DNA from: Psammoneis japonica
Lineage: Eukaryota
NCBI GenBank assembly: GCA_008632985.1
Contig: QPGO01000003.1
Location: 186,001-250,000 of the forward strand
DNA: 64,000 nucleotides
Reading direction: 5' to 3'
Shown: positions 10,018 to 23,700 of the stretch, piece by piece
Layout: every line of letters begins with the position of its first letter
How positions within the stretch are numbered: the first letter of the stretch is position 1
The notes under the pieces: generated by a model
The model's database searches: none
Told to the model about the DNA's origin: nothing
The model's input: the letters and a program-made list of their open reading frames with translations, nothing else
Made by a program: the position numbers and the translations under genes

Positions 10018-12896
10018 ATGAATCCATCTCGCATCCAACGACATCAACTCCTTTTTGTCGCCGTGTTCTCGGCGTCAGTGTTGTGGGCCAAAGGCACAAA
10101 TCCCTGTGTCGACGAGTGCGGGACAAAAGAGCGCTTCTGTGGAGAGACATCGTCAGAGTGCACCTTTGCTGTCAACTTGGGTGGTGACAGCTGCAATGAC
10201 TTTTGTGGGCGACATGGGGGGCGATGCATCACCACCAAAGCTGCTGGAAGTTCCAGTTGCAACACAAAGGGCGCGAACTCTTGTTCTCATGGCTGCAAAA
10301 ACAACGCGTGTGTGTGCTCACTTCAAGACGTCACCAAGGGAGGCAACCAGCCTCCGAAAGAAGAAGAGGCCAAAGTGACTGCTCTAACACCCTGTGTCAA
10401 ACAGTGTGGTGAAGAAAGTTCACTGTGCGAAGAAACGTCGCAGCAACGTTCCTTTTGTGTTGTTTTGAAAAAAAGGAGTTGTGGTGACTTTTGCGAACAG
10501 CATGGCGGCACTTGCTTGGAAGCGCGGGTGGCATCGGAAGCTTCCTGCACAGCACGTGAAACCAACTCTGAGATGACTTTTGCGTTTGCACAAGAAACGA
10601 AGCGCATGCACCATCTCCCACCCCTGGTCCTGCACCACTTCCTGCGCCCTCTCCCACGCCGCAGTCACCTCCAGATCCGACTGGGCCACCTGCTCAGCTT
10701 CCGACATTTCAGCCAACAGAAAAATCAATGGATTGTGTCGACGTTCCACAAGGTTGGCATGACCCTGATGGCGAGATCTGCAATTGTGCTTGGCACAGTT
10801 TGGATGACAACTGCAAAGAATGAGGAGATTTCTTTGAAAATTTTGGAGCCACGGCGAGTGCAGCCTGCTGTGGATGCGGTGGAGGGAACCTTCTGTCAGT
10901 CGATGGGATTGCACAAACGCCATCCCCGACGCCACGGCCTTCGCCACTGCCGACAAGCAGCCCTGCCCTCTCTCCCACTGCAGCTGCACCAACAGCCAAG
11001 CCGACCGACTGCCCTGCCATGGAATCAACAGCCAAGCCGACGAAAGGACCAACACGGGTTCCAACGAAGGCGCCCTCATCCAATCCGACTGAATTCCCAA
11101 CCCTGGAGCCATCAGCCAAGCCGACGCGAGGTCCAACACGAGTTCCGACATTGCCTCCCACGAGTTCAACTGTTTCACCGACACCAGTGCCAACGCTTGC
11201 TTTGACAACGCGTCCAACCTCGACCCCTACGAAGGGTCCGACTTTGACGCCATCAAATCCTCCTACTGCTCAAACACATGATCCGACGGTGCGTCCGACT
11301 TTAGCCCCAACTCTTTTGCCAACCGCAACGCAAACAACCAATCCTACAGTGAATCCCACACAGTCCCCTTTAGCATCAGCAACATCATCTCCGACCCAGA
11401 GATTGACGCCAGTTCCGAGTAGGAGACCAACAGCCTTCTCATCAAACAATGACCCTCCCCGCGCTTATACGGCGTATCCCACTCTTGCGCCAACAAATGC
11501 ACCCACGATCCTGATACCAATGGACGCCGGTGACGACGATATAAAAGGACAGGGTTCTTCAGAACCAGGATCCTTGAGTGTTGGTAGGGCGTGCTCGAAA
11601 AGTAATCAATGCAAGTCATCGACTTGTCGAAGTGGCGTTTGTATGGCGTCGCCGGCTTGCTATCCAATCAAACACACGTTTGGGAATCCATTCCACAAGA
11701 ATAAGATCAACATTGTGTTTGTTCCATCCGCATTCGCTTCATTTGGTCATGATGCTTGGCATGATCACGTCAATAAGACATATGGATTCATGCAAAACTA
11801 CAACATGTTTGCAGAAGATATCGACGAGCTCAACGTTTTTAGGGTGGATCCTTTGAATCTCGATGAGTCATTTTGTGCATTGGGATGTCAGGGATTCGAC
11901 CGACTCTTGTGCTGCGACGTAAAACGTACCCATGCGTTGGCCAGCAAGTGCTTCCCTGTCGGACCTAATCTTCAAACTGCTGTCATTCATAGCTCAAGGC
12001 AATATGGTGGTGCAGGATACACTAACGCAAACATTGCTACGGCGACAATGCATCCTGCCGCCCCTCTCGTATTAGTACATGAGCTTGGTCACTCGCTCTT
12101 TGAGTTGACCGATGAGTACTCGTACGGAGAAGGAAGTGCCTTTGAGGCAAATTGTGATTCTAGCAGATCTTGCGAGAAATGGTCAGACCTCATGGAGGAA
12201 AATTACAGACCGAAAGGTTACGAAAGAGTGAAATGCATTCCAGGATGTGAGGATGGGTACTACTTTGTTGGAGGCAAGACATTCATGAATGACTTGAGCG
12301 CTCCCGTTGGAGCGGTCAATGAACGGTTTAGTTGCTGTACATACTTGGCGTTGACGAAAAAGTTCCCTTCCTACTGTGATGTTTTTGATCCGTCCCCAAA
12401 CTATCTCTTGAACTATTGCAAGAAGGATTACCAAAACTATGGTGCCTCAAGCTACGAAAGTGAAGAGGTCCTTGCCATACCGGGGTACACAAACAATGAC
12501 AAGGCCGACGCTAAATACATGAGAGTGGTAGATCCAGCAATGGTGACAATTACATCCACAACAAAGCGCTCGGGGGTCACGGTATTCCGAACAAAAACAT
12601 CTCAATTAGAAACTGGAATCTTTCCTACGTCTCAGGTCAAAGGCGACTTTGTTAATCCAAGAGCCGCAATGAAACAAGGAGTAGATTCCTTGTTGAAAGT
12701 CTTGGTCTTTTATACAAGAGGAAAAGACACGCTGTTTGTTTCAAGAAAAATAACCATTGAAATACCCCCGCCTCCTCCCAACAGCACAACATTACAAGGA
12801 GTCCCTCACAGTGTTTCCGATGAACCCAATGTTTTCGAGTTGGTCTTGGACACCAAAGGACGGGCTGTAAAGAAGATTCGTGTCAAGGCAATCTGA
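10018..12896 (+). pseudogene. M64 metallopeptidase copy A: signal peptide, two Cys-rich modules, CxDxPxGWHD module, PT linker and intact M64 domain (ORF 11019-12896); 5' part TpA-mutated with a nonsense codon
   Basis: YGGAGY and HELGHSLFELTDEY motifs; TGA at 10821 where paralog B has TAC; frameshift near 10560. Confidence 0.8.
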
Positions 12897-13570
12897 ACGA
12901 CTTTATTTGACCACTGGAGTATGCTAATATTACACGAGACCACCGCCTTTTGTCGAAAAGCAAAACGATGGAGGCTTCTTTTCCGGTTCAAGAAACGAGT
13001 TCTGTTCAAAATACAAAACACCCGCAAAATGTTGAGATTTCACTTTTGCCTCCTCACAAATTCTAGCAATGGACACAGAAAGACAACAAACTAAAATGGA
13101 ATCATGCAAGGTCCATAAGCAAGACAAGGTTGATTGTATCATCAAGACTCTACTAGCCGCGGTTCAAACGCACTTTTCAACAAATTATTTTATAAGCTCG
13201 GACAGTAGTATAATGTAGCCACTGTGAGAATTGATTGAGCCATATATTCACTCGCCACACTTGGGTATAACTTTACAATAATAGTGTTCAAAGTACCGTA
13301 GCAACATGCTTGGGCTCACAGTCAACGGATTCCAAGTAAGTGCTTTTCGCAGTGCGGCCTTTTTTGCGTCGCAAGAGATCAAGATCCACCATATGACACC
13401 TGTGCATGTTGTCCTTCACAATCAAAACGGCCTCTTGCTCGTCAAGAATATAAACAAACAGCCCCATTTACTCGCTCTTTGTGTTGCTGAGGCCAAACGT
13501 TGTTGTCGTCGAGTGTGTCACACAAGGGAAAAGTGGGAAAAAAGTGTGTAATCAAGTGTGTATTAATAAA

Positions 13571-13680
13571 ACGCTTTACGCGCCAAAATGTATCTTTTGC
13601 ATGCCTCTAGAGAGGGAGAGAAAAAGTACAAAGCCACAGTAGTCGATCTAGAATGTTTTGTAACTATCAAGCCTAGCACA
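13571..13680 (+). repeat. About 100 bp dispersed repeat, TpA-intact copy of 4548-4650
   Basis: Direct alignment by eye with 4548-4650. Confidence 0.85.
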
Positions 13681-13812
13681 CCTACCAACTCGTAGAAACA
13701 AAGTACTTCACGATTCTACTAAAATCCATCCTATTCATGTCCTACCTTGAGCATACAAACCAACCAAAAACAACACAAGTCACACTCCAATCAACTCTCT
13801 TCCAACAATCTT

Positions 13813-14685
13813 TTACTTGGTATCAATTCCAAGCAACAAATTCGTCCCACCACCGTTTCCACTCGACCCACTCGCTCCTCCTCCACTGCTACTTCCACTG
13901 GGCAAGTAGACAATATTCCTCGAATTGGCCAATTTGCCTGCAATTTCCTTGGCGGCATCAATACGACGCACTTCCACAATGGCATTGCCCGTCTTTTCCA
14001 TGGCACTTGTAATGATTTGTGCCGCTTCGGCTTCCCCTTCGGCACGCGTCACAACGGCTTGACGTTCTTGTTCGGCACGTTTGACAACCCACTGTTGTCG
14101 TTCGGCTTCTTGTGATGCCACCTGTTTGGCTTCAATGGCACGCATAAATTCGACACCAAATGTCAAATGCGTAATGGCAACATCATCAAACTGTAAATGA
14201 AAATTCTTGGCTCTCTTGATCATTTCACCCTTGATGCGTTCCGAGACCTCGTGACGTTTGCTCAACAACTCTTCGGCATTGTACTGGGCCACGACACTTT
14301 TCAAAACTTCATTGCCGATACTCGGCAAGACACGTTCATCAAAGTCAACACCCAACTCTCTATAAAGACGTGGCAACTCTTCCACGACGGGTCTCCATAA
14401 TACCCTCAATTTGATGTTTACCATTTGCAAATCCTTGGTACCCGTCACAGAGGGAATTTCACGGGGTTTCGTACGGACATCCATGACGATGGGACGTTGA
14501 ATGACGGGAACCATAAAGTGCGTGCCTTCGCCAATCACATGAGGACGGATACCACCCTGGAGTGTATCAAACATGACGGCACGTTCACCGCCATCGACAT
14601 TGTAGATACAAGAATTGACGGTGAAAGCACCGACGGCCAATGCACCCGACATGGTTCCGAGAGAACGTAAAATCTTGTCCGACAT
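13813..14685 (-). CDS. PHB1: Prohibitin (SPFH/Band 7 family, PHB1-type)
   Basis: IYNVDGGERAVMFD, TGTKDLQMVNIKLRVL, DERVLPSIGNEVLKSVVAQYNA, AIEAKQVA, AEGEAEAA, NIVYLP. Confidence 0.96.
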   Translation of the reverse strand: MSDKILRSLGTMSGALAVGAFTVNSCIYNVDGGERAVMFDTLQGGIRPHVIGEGTHFMVPVIQRPIVMDVRTKPREIPSVTGTKDLQMVNIKLRVLWRPVVEELPRLYRELGVDFDERVLPSIGNEVLKSVVAQYNAEELLSKRHEVSERIKGEMIKRAKNFHLQFDDVAITHLTFGVEFMRAIEAKQVASQEAERQQWVVKRAEQERQAVVTRAEGEAEAAQIITSAMEKTGNAIVEVRRIDAAKEIAGKLANSRNIVYLPSGSSSGGGASGSSGNGGGTNLLLGIDTK

Positions 14686-14921
14686 GGTGCTAGTAGTAGT
14701 TGTTTGTTTGTTTCGAGTGTAGTAGAACGTTTAGAAGACGAACAACAATGTGTACAACAGCACCAACAAACAAAGAGCCTCTTGGTGCTGACGCTGTGAA
14801 CTGAGATTTTCGATCTTTTTCCACCTGCTTCCGACAACGTACATTTCTACGTGCTTCTGGTAGTCGTTCCAAACGTGTGGTGGATTGATTCTTCTCTGTT
14901 TGACTCGAACGGGCGACCGAC

Positions 14922-15010
14922 CGACAGTCAGACAGACAGACAGTCAGACAGACAGTCAGACAGACAGTCAGACAGACAGTCAGTCAGACAGTCAGACAGA
15001 CAGTCAGACA
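14922..15010. repeat. Minisatellite (CAGTCAGACAGA)n / CAGA-based
   Basis: About 7 tandem 12-bp units visible, at the left edge of the large TpA-depleted domain. Confidence 0.9.
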
Positions 15011-16191
15011 CGCACACCGACCTGCCATGCATTGCATGTGCGTGTTCTTCACATCATGACAACACACAAAAAAGGGGTGAGCCGCAGCAGAGGCCCTCTG
15101 ATGCTGTGCAGGTTGTTTGTCTCCAAACAAGAAGCAAAAGTGCCCAAACACCTCCTCCTCCTCCTTCTCTTCTTTTGTTGCCAGAGACTCTGCTTTTTGC
15201 GTTGCTCTGTGGTGGTGTGGCCAACTCTCCCGCTTTTGTTTTGCAAAAGAGCATGCACAGCCACACTTGTTTTGCAACAAGATTTTTTTTGCTGGACACA
15301 TGTTGTTTTTGGCAGGTGACTTGGTTTTTTTTCAGACACTGCCCCAAACTTTGAGTGCTGCTGGCGCTGCCACACACTGGTGCTTGGCTCTCTCTCTCTG
15401 CACAGCAGGTTCTCTTGCCTTCTTCTTGCACACCACCACACACACACACAGGGCAGCCCAAAACATGATCAAATTGACAATGCAGCAAGAAGCAACAACG
15501 TCAACAAGAAAATGTTCAGCACACATCACACGCAGCAGCAGGTGGCAGCAAAGCGGCGCTTTTCTGAGATGGTGTGCGTGAATTTCACAATTGAGCATGT
15601 GCACATGGGGTGATGTTTGCACAACAAATGTTGTGTCCAAGCAGTGCACAAATGTGAAATGACAACATTGGCACTGTCATGTGTGTGATGGGATTTTGGT
15701 TTGAGGTGGGGAGCAATGCACCAGACTTGGTCAATCATGGGGGGGGGGCTGTGTGTCAAAAAGAGCTGGTGTGTTGCAAGTTTGTGAGCCAAATTGTCAA
15801 AATGCTGTGTCACGAACAAGCCCCAAACACACACTGTGTTTGTGTGCCATCATGTGAGATGTCCCATGTCTGACTGGATGTTTGTGTCCCCAATCATGTT
15901 GGCCAGCTGCACAACTGGCATGCAAGAAGACTGCGCTCAAAACTGAGTTGCAGCATGATGATGCAAAGATGTGCACACAGCTGAAATCCCATCAACACCC
16001 ATTTTGTTGGAAGGAGCCACACCCCACACTGGACTTGGCAAAGAAAGTGATGGAAGATCAAGAAAGTTAAAGGAGACACACACTGGAGAGCGCCAGACAT
16101 GATGGGATGAAAGGGTGGCACAGCACTTGCACACAAGCCAAGAGGTGGCACAGTGCTTGCACAATCCACAATGCAGGGCAGCAGCAGCAGC

Positions 16192-16225
<34 letters not shown>

Positions 16226-17700
16226 CCAACCACAATGCCAAACACACAGAGCTTGTGAGGCAACAAACTGAGAACCGCAACAAGCAGTGGTCTTGGCAGC
16301 AACTTGCTTCTTTTGGAGAACAGGCCAACATGGCCAATCAGAAACTTGTTGAGGAACAGAGTGCAGAGTTCTTGCTCATCAGCTCCACCTCCAGATCCGA
16401 CTCACAGCTCCAGTGGGGATTTCAAAGCCACAATGCTTGTGGCAAGAAGGCACCACCACAGTGCAAAGGAGCCCAGCTTGGCTGTGATCTCCCTGCTGCT
16501 CTCCTGCTCAAGCATGATGCTGCAGCTTGAACATTTAAAACTTGGATGGCAAAACTTCACAATGGACCTTTGTGCAATGTGGTGCAATGCAAAAAGCTTC
16601 TTGGGTGTGATCCTGATCTTCCCATCTGACAAATTGGGCAAATTGTCCTGGCCAGATTTGACAATGGGTGAAGGTGACTCTCCACAAGTTGTCATCCTGC
16701 ATGGGAACCTTTTCACAACAGCAAGAACAGCAACAGGACCAGAGCACTTGGGAGCCAAAGCAATGTTGTGAGTTGCTGGAAACAAATTGATGTCACACCG
16801 CTGTTGCTCCCCAGGCAACAAAGGTCATGGAGAGTGACAGCTGCTGATTGACAAGGAGCATCATGGTCAACTTTGTGGGGCAGAGCCATTGAATGATCAC
16901 ATGGATGGGTGTGTTTCAATGGCCACATCTCTTCCACCACAAACCTCGTCACATGAACAAACCCTTGGTGCTTCCCCCCCCCCCCCCTTGTGTGTGAGAA
17001 ATCAGTTTCTGCTGTTCATTTTGTCCAAAAATTTGTGCTGAGTCTTTTTACGCAGACTTGGCAAAAATTGCACATCAGCATGTGATGCACAGATTTGTGC
17101 CAATTCACTCAGATCATGTTTTTCACAAAGGAGAGTGATTGAAAAATTCCTTGGGTGTGAAATGGGAGGCAAGCACTGAGGGTTTTGTTTGGGTGACAGG
17201 GTTTGTGGCAGAGACATGAGATCATTGAAAAACATCCATCCACTCAACAATTGCTCAAAGGCTCTGCTCCAGAAAATTGACTGTGAGATCCCTCGTGGAA
17301 ACTGGCAGTGCAGGGCATGCAGGGTTCAAAGACAATGGCCCCAACAGACAGGGAACAAGGTGTTTCCCAGATGTTGTGCTTGTCAGGTGGAGAGTTGAAA
17401 GAACACCAATGTCCAGCTGCAAGACAAGGGCCCAAAGTGTGGGACATGTTCATGCTGTGGGAGTCACAAGCCTGGACACTTGCAACATTGCTGTCAAAAA
17501 ACATGTCACCATCTGCATTGGAAGGTGCAAGGTTGGCACAGGGATGAGCCTGCATTGGAGCACGGGCAGTGCAGCTGGCAGCAGAATGGGCGGGACTTTT
17601 GGGGTGGCAGCAGAGAGCAACCAGTGCAGCACAGGAATGACAAAACCCAATGTCTGTGTTTTAAGTGCTGCTGCGCTTCCACCCTGCAACTCCGGCAACA
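15010..17700. other. TpA- and CpG-depleted degenerate sequence, probably an old transposon or gene relic; includes (CAG)n at about 16178-16222
   Basis: Almost no TA, very TG/CA-rich, no recognisable protein motif. Confidence 0.6.
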
Positions 17701-17749
17701 AGCTAACCCACACTCCCAGCACACAATGTGCGGCAGGAGCGCACAACAA

Positions 17750-20700
17750 TTGGCCATCATCGGCATCGCCGAAAGGCGATGCCAACCCGAAGCAGCTGGC
17801 AACAGAGCATGTGCCTCGCACGGCAAGCCGTTTGGCTTCCCGCAGACTAGACTTGAACATGGGCTTTGCCACAGCCAACCAATTTTGCATCCGATGGGTG
17901 GAATGGGTCAAATGCTCTTCAACTGAATCAAGGAGTTGGAGCTTGTCTCTTGCTGAGCACTCATCTGCCCTGGAACACATTTCTCTGACTTCAGCCTCCA
18001 CGTCACGGCGTTGAGCAGATCTCTTTGTTTCAGAATCGTGTCCATGCACGGCATCATTGTGCATGTCCCACAATTCCCACCACTGTGACCAGATGTAACT
18101 GCCAACAGTCGCCGCCCAATCAAGACGTTTCTCCCTGTCGGATGAAGCATGACACACACCTGCAGCTGGCAGGTGCGACCGCTGGGCCACATTCCATGAA
18201 GCAGAAAACCTGCCACTGAAAACGTGTCACCATCCAATCCTTTCTTGGGACCGAAAAGTTGCATGTGTGCTGCAATGAAATTCCTCAATGTGTGGCATTT
18301 CCTCACAAAACCACCCTTCTAGAGAACCCAGGAGCATGTCCCGCAAAGCCGGGGAGGCACTTGTGTCATCGCATTTCTTTCGAAGATCTTGAAGAAATTT
18401 GCGTCTCCATGCCTCATTGTGAGGGCAACAAAGGATGTGATTGCGGTCCTCCATCGGATGTTGACAATGGATGCAACAGTTGGGACGAGCAGGGTTGCAC
18501 CTCTGCACAATTTTGTTTGTTGGAAGGAGATCCTGGACTGGTTTGATGGTGCTCACCTTGCGCCGGATGTTCCTCGACATTAGTTTCGAATGCACTTGCC
18601 AATCGATCGACTGACGCGCAATGTCGGACCACCCATGCTTCTCTTTCACATGTTGTGTGAGAGCTGGACTGGATGCCTCATGCCGAAGGACAGTCTTGAA
18701 GTTTGAAGTCAAGGCACCCGCTGGAATGTTGAGCAATGCGGAGCAATTGGGCACACGGGGCACAATGGAAGTGTCACCATCGTGCTGGCCTTGGAATCCG
18801 GCAGCTAGCGTGTCTGCTCGAACGTTCAATTTAGCAGGGAGAGACAAGTGTTGATGCGGAATGGTGTCGTCTTGGTGCCCTTTCACCCAGGAAAGCATCG
18901 CTGGTGTGCCCTGCACACCTTCACTCTGCACACCTTGCAACTGTTGCAAAGAAATAAAAATTTCGTGAATGACATCCCAATCAGGAGCCAGGGCATTGGA
19001 AACATGGTGCCTCAGGCGAAAGTCCTGTTCACGGTGAGTCTCGTCCGCATCGTCGGGGTGTGGGGGCAGTGCCTCGAAGTTCTGAATGTTGCAGACCAAG
19101 GAAGAGTTGTCGCAGCGACACTCTGTCCCAAGTGGAAAGGTCCGATTGCAAAATGTCACAACACAAAGAAGGAACCGCACCACTGAAAGGCAACCACAAG
19201 CCTCTGTGCGATGTGAGGAAGGACGAAATCCAAAGACTGGGCCTGCACAATCCACCAGAAAAACTCCCCGGACAGATGACGTCCAGAAAAAGGCGCCATT
19301 GTGCTGCACCACCGAGCCATCACTGCCGACCATTGCACGAGAGTTGGCCAATGTTTCCGCCAGTTCAAACACTGACACGTGCAGCATCAAGTCTTGAAAC
19401 AGGGCCGATTCCCGTTTGGGCAAAGAACGGACCCAAGCAACAAATTCACCCGGGACAGGGAGACTCGGAGGAATTGACACTTTAGAGAATGATGATTGAA
19501 GACGCCACTTTCCATTGTCGGTGGTGTCAACCAAAACGGGAGATGCCAAAGGCGACAAGTCTGGAACAGTCTCCAGGTGCCTCAAAGATTCCGCGCATCC
19601 GTCTCGGACGGGGTGTGCATTGCATCCAATGTCAGACCGGATGTACAAAAACTGTTCGCTCGGTTCAAAGCAAGCCGGGAATTGTGCGCGCATGTCGGCA
19701 GTGGCAACAATCCGTTGTCCCAATGGATGTTTCAGTGAAGAAGTGTCATCCTTGCAAAACAAGGCACACGCTCGATGCCACTGCTTCCAAGCTCTGGGAG
19801 ATGGAGACGGCTGTTCCACTGGGTCACTCAATGAAAAACTGCTGAGGAGGGAGCAATCACCTGCCAATTCAAACTCATCAATGGACAGACCGTCTGGAAG
19901 AGCAATGTCAGAAACCGTGAGCACGTTGAGATGCAATCAACAGCAGTTGATCCAGCGGATCTCTTTGTTGGAGAATTCGCCAGACTCAAGCACAACATCC
20001 ATGATGTGCTGATCGTTGTCCCGCTGAAGGGGTGACACACCCGCATCGTCCAAGTCGAGAGAGGCATTGATCCAAACCAGAAAAGATTGCAGAGACATGA
20101 ACCATTTAGATTCAGAATGAGGCAGTTTGGAATGAACATCCACTAAAAAGCTGATGCCAGTGCCCAATTGAAGCTGTGTCCAAGCCACCGTAATGCATGA
20201 TAAAACATGAGGTTGACCCCTGCCGTGCCAGTGCCGAGTGAACTGTGTGCATTGGGGTGTGCCTTGTTCCACATCTAACGACCGAAAACCGCCTCCACCA
20301 AGAGCACACGGACCAAACAGCACGTCTCGTTTTGTGTTTCGGTTGTGCCCACACTTCGCAAAAATTGTCTGCATCGCTTTCCACTGAACCTCCAACAACT
20401 CCTTTGGCAAGAAGTGAGTGTTCGGGAGATCACAAGACATGGACGACAAGTGGCAGGCGAAGCAATGCGTCCAAGCTTCGTGCCTGTCAAGAGGACACGC
20501 TCTAAGGAACAAGGCAATGTCATTGCTCTTCCTCTTTGATGCCAAGTGTTGTGTTTTCTGAGTGCCAGCGGGAGACTTGCAATGCCCTGAGGTCTTGTGA
20601 GATGAGCAAGCTGAAAGCTGGGTGCTAGACCTCTTGGCAGTGCGGTCGGCGGAGAAAATTTCAATGTCAATTTTGTCGTTAAAGGGGCGCAAGTGAGGTT

Positions 20701-23700
20701 CGCCATCCTCCATGAAAATCCATTCAATGGCATGAAATGAGCATTTGGGAAGCTCAAGTTCGTGGCCAGCAGCATTGAGAAGGTCACACCACATTTGGTT
20801 GTCTTCCTGCATTTTTGGAACCAGGTCCATGGCGGACGGCTGAGGGGAGGCACAAAAGTCATTGACTTGCTTCGAGGTGTCGTCCACGCATCCTCTGATG
20901 AACAGTTTGAGGGACTGTTGTCGGTCAGGAGATTCGAAACAGGTGCTGTGAGCTTTCTCATTGAATGGCCAGAACAGACTGTTGCACATTTGATTCCAGT
21001 AGAATGGGGAATTGCCACTGCCCTGTCCCGTGCCACAGATCGAGAACTCAGAAGAGTGAGAGCATGAGGTTGCAGACAGGCCGAGAACCGTTTTTGGCCA
21101 ATGCCAGGCGCCCTCCAAGGTGGCGTCAGCGGACTGTGTGATCTGCTTGGGCATGCTGTCACTTCTGCTCTCCAGTGCCGCTAAAGCAGGGACATTTCTG
21201 TCATGACAAGAAGTGCAGTCATCATCACTGTGGATGGCAGTCTTCCTCGACACTCTGCTGATTTCCAGCATTAATTCCTCGAGGTAAACGGGAGTGTTGG
21301 CGTTTAAGAATGGTCTTGTGCCACAAACTCCTGGATTGCACAGATGCTGATGCTCCATGTTCTGAGCAAGGGACCGCCATTTCACAGGTGAATTTTGGTG
21401 TTGCCAGGTTCTTTGAAGATCACAATGTTGGCGATGTCTTTCCAACGATCATGCGAGTGCCCCCAGCGCAGGGCGTAATTGAGCAAGTTCAAACGGGTTT
21501 GAGTCAAGGTGCGTTGGACTTTGTCCAATGAAGCACATTCCGGAGCAGGTTCACCATCAGCAGTTTGGGAATGAGAGTGAGCGTGGGAAGCATGCATTGC
21601 TTTCCAATGGCCCAGATGAAGGCCTGAGAAAAGCGACGTCGATGCAGACTCTTTCCACGGCTTGATCTTGCCTTCCAAATCCTGAGCCATTAAAAACTGT
21701 GACACAGACACTGGAGAACGGCATTGCAAATGAGTGACAAACCGAGACGCAGCTTCATTGAGCACAGACGTGTCATGCTCTCCATCCAGAATAAGATCCG
21801 CCACAACAGTGTCCCCTGAATGACCTAAGTCCACAGACAGAGGGGGAACAGTGGGAGGCGTCCCATCAGCTTGCCCAAAATGTTTCTGATTCCGTGTGCG
21901 CAGTGCCGAAGCTGCTTCATCCGGAGCATCAACAGTGATCCAATCCATGCATTCCTTTGGAGGGATCGCCAGATTCAGTGGAACTTGAACACTGTTGATC
22001 CCAGTGTCACGTTCAGCTCCGCATGACTTGATCTTTTGGAACAGTTGGCGGTCTCTGCTGCCTTGCGAAGGTTGCGTAGAACAGTTGCCTTTTTACGAGA
22101 AGCTGCAGCACCCTCCATTTCTAGCCGAGCAATCTTGTCAGCAATTTCATTGTCTTGATGCTTGATGCTCTCAGCCGCGACCTGTTGACACTCATTCTGC
22201 GCTTGTCGCAAAGCTTGTTGGCACTCTTCAAAGGCAGATGGGATCATGAATTTGCCACTCAGGCTGGCGCGGACATTTTGAATCTGAGCCGTGTGATCAA
22301 TGCGGGTGCACATCACAGACAACACATGGGACAAGATGCACACTCAACAACGTAAATCCGCCAACTGAGTCAACCACTCCGGTTCTCGGTGAAGGCGACA
22401 CTTCTTCGCTGCTGCTAAAGAAAACTGCAACAGATCCCTGTCCAGCCTTTCTGCCAATTCATGATCAGGAGTGATGGACTCCAGGAGTGAAGCGGACCTC
22501 TCCAAAACGTTCCGACTCTCTAGCATGGGATCGATGGTTTGCAGGCAGGTGGTGACTTGAGGTTTCAAAGACACTTGCAGGTCTCGAAAGGCTGCCTTCG
22601 GAAGATCAACGGTCGGGTTGCCAAACAAAGTGATGGCATCAAAGTCCACGAAGTGAGCACGATGATCCGAAGCAATGCAGTGTCCAAATGCTTCATGGCC
22701 ACCAAATCGTGCAGCGGCCAAAGCACCAGGGGTGGCTAAAACGAAATCCAAGGGTTTTGACCCCCTTGTGCAAGTAGAAAATGCCGTGTCTCCTGTGAGA
22801 GAAAACATTGCATCGGAGAGATTGAACCGTTGGGCCAAAGCAGACAGAGAGTCGGTGTCAATGACGAAGTCCGTGTTAAAGTTCCCAAACAAAATAACCT
22901 CACGGTTGGAATCTGCAAGAAACTCTTGCAACAAACGAGATGGATCGGTGCAGAATGCTTTGCAAGGGTCAAGGTGTTGTTGGCCCTGCTGACGCAAAAG
23001 GTGAAGCTGCTGAGTGCATGCTGTTGTTTTCCCAGGCCGTGTTTGATTTTTGGCACACACTCTGCAGCAGGAAATGAACATGACTTGTCTGCCATTTCTG
23101 CCATCAAATGTCTGGATGGACCAACGGCCCAACAGATCAGCCTCCTGAGAACAGCAGCGAGCAGACACCGCATTGCATGACAGCAAAGCCGTGCCACCAG
23201 GCTCACATTGTGTAGAGAAAGGAGTTGAGCTGCAGGAAAAGGTGCCTCTGCCGTGATGAAGGGAGTTTGTCACCGTGGAACGGCAAACTGATAAAACCGA
23301 ACATTGGGTGGTGTCCAAACAAACCTCTGACATGCCCACAATGTCAGCCTGCATCTCGTTCGTGATCTGACAGTGTGCAGCGAAGTCTCCTTTACATTTG
23401 TCAAACTTGCTGCCATTTGCATTGAAGGTGCACAGTCTGGTGTGATGTGACAGCTCAGGCCCCACAGAGTCGCCAACGGAAACGTTTGTCTTCAGGCGGG
23501 AGAAATCAATGCGTCGTCCGGCAGAGGATTGAAACCGCCTGCCATCCAAGAGTGTCTGCCATGTGGAAGACATGTCTGTTGAAATGGTGCTGCTCATGGT
23601 TGGGCCACGCTCCTCTGAAGAGAAGACTGGGGCTTGCAGCACTGCCAGCAGGTTGAACCGAAGAATGAGGGCACAGAGAAGACTGGGGCTTGTCGCAATG

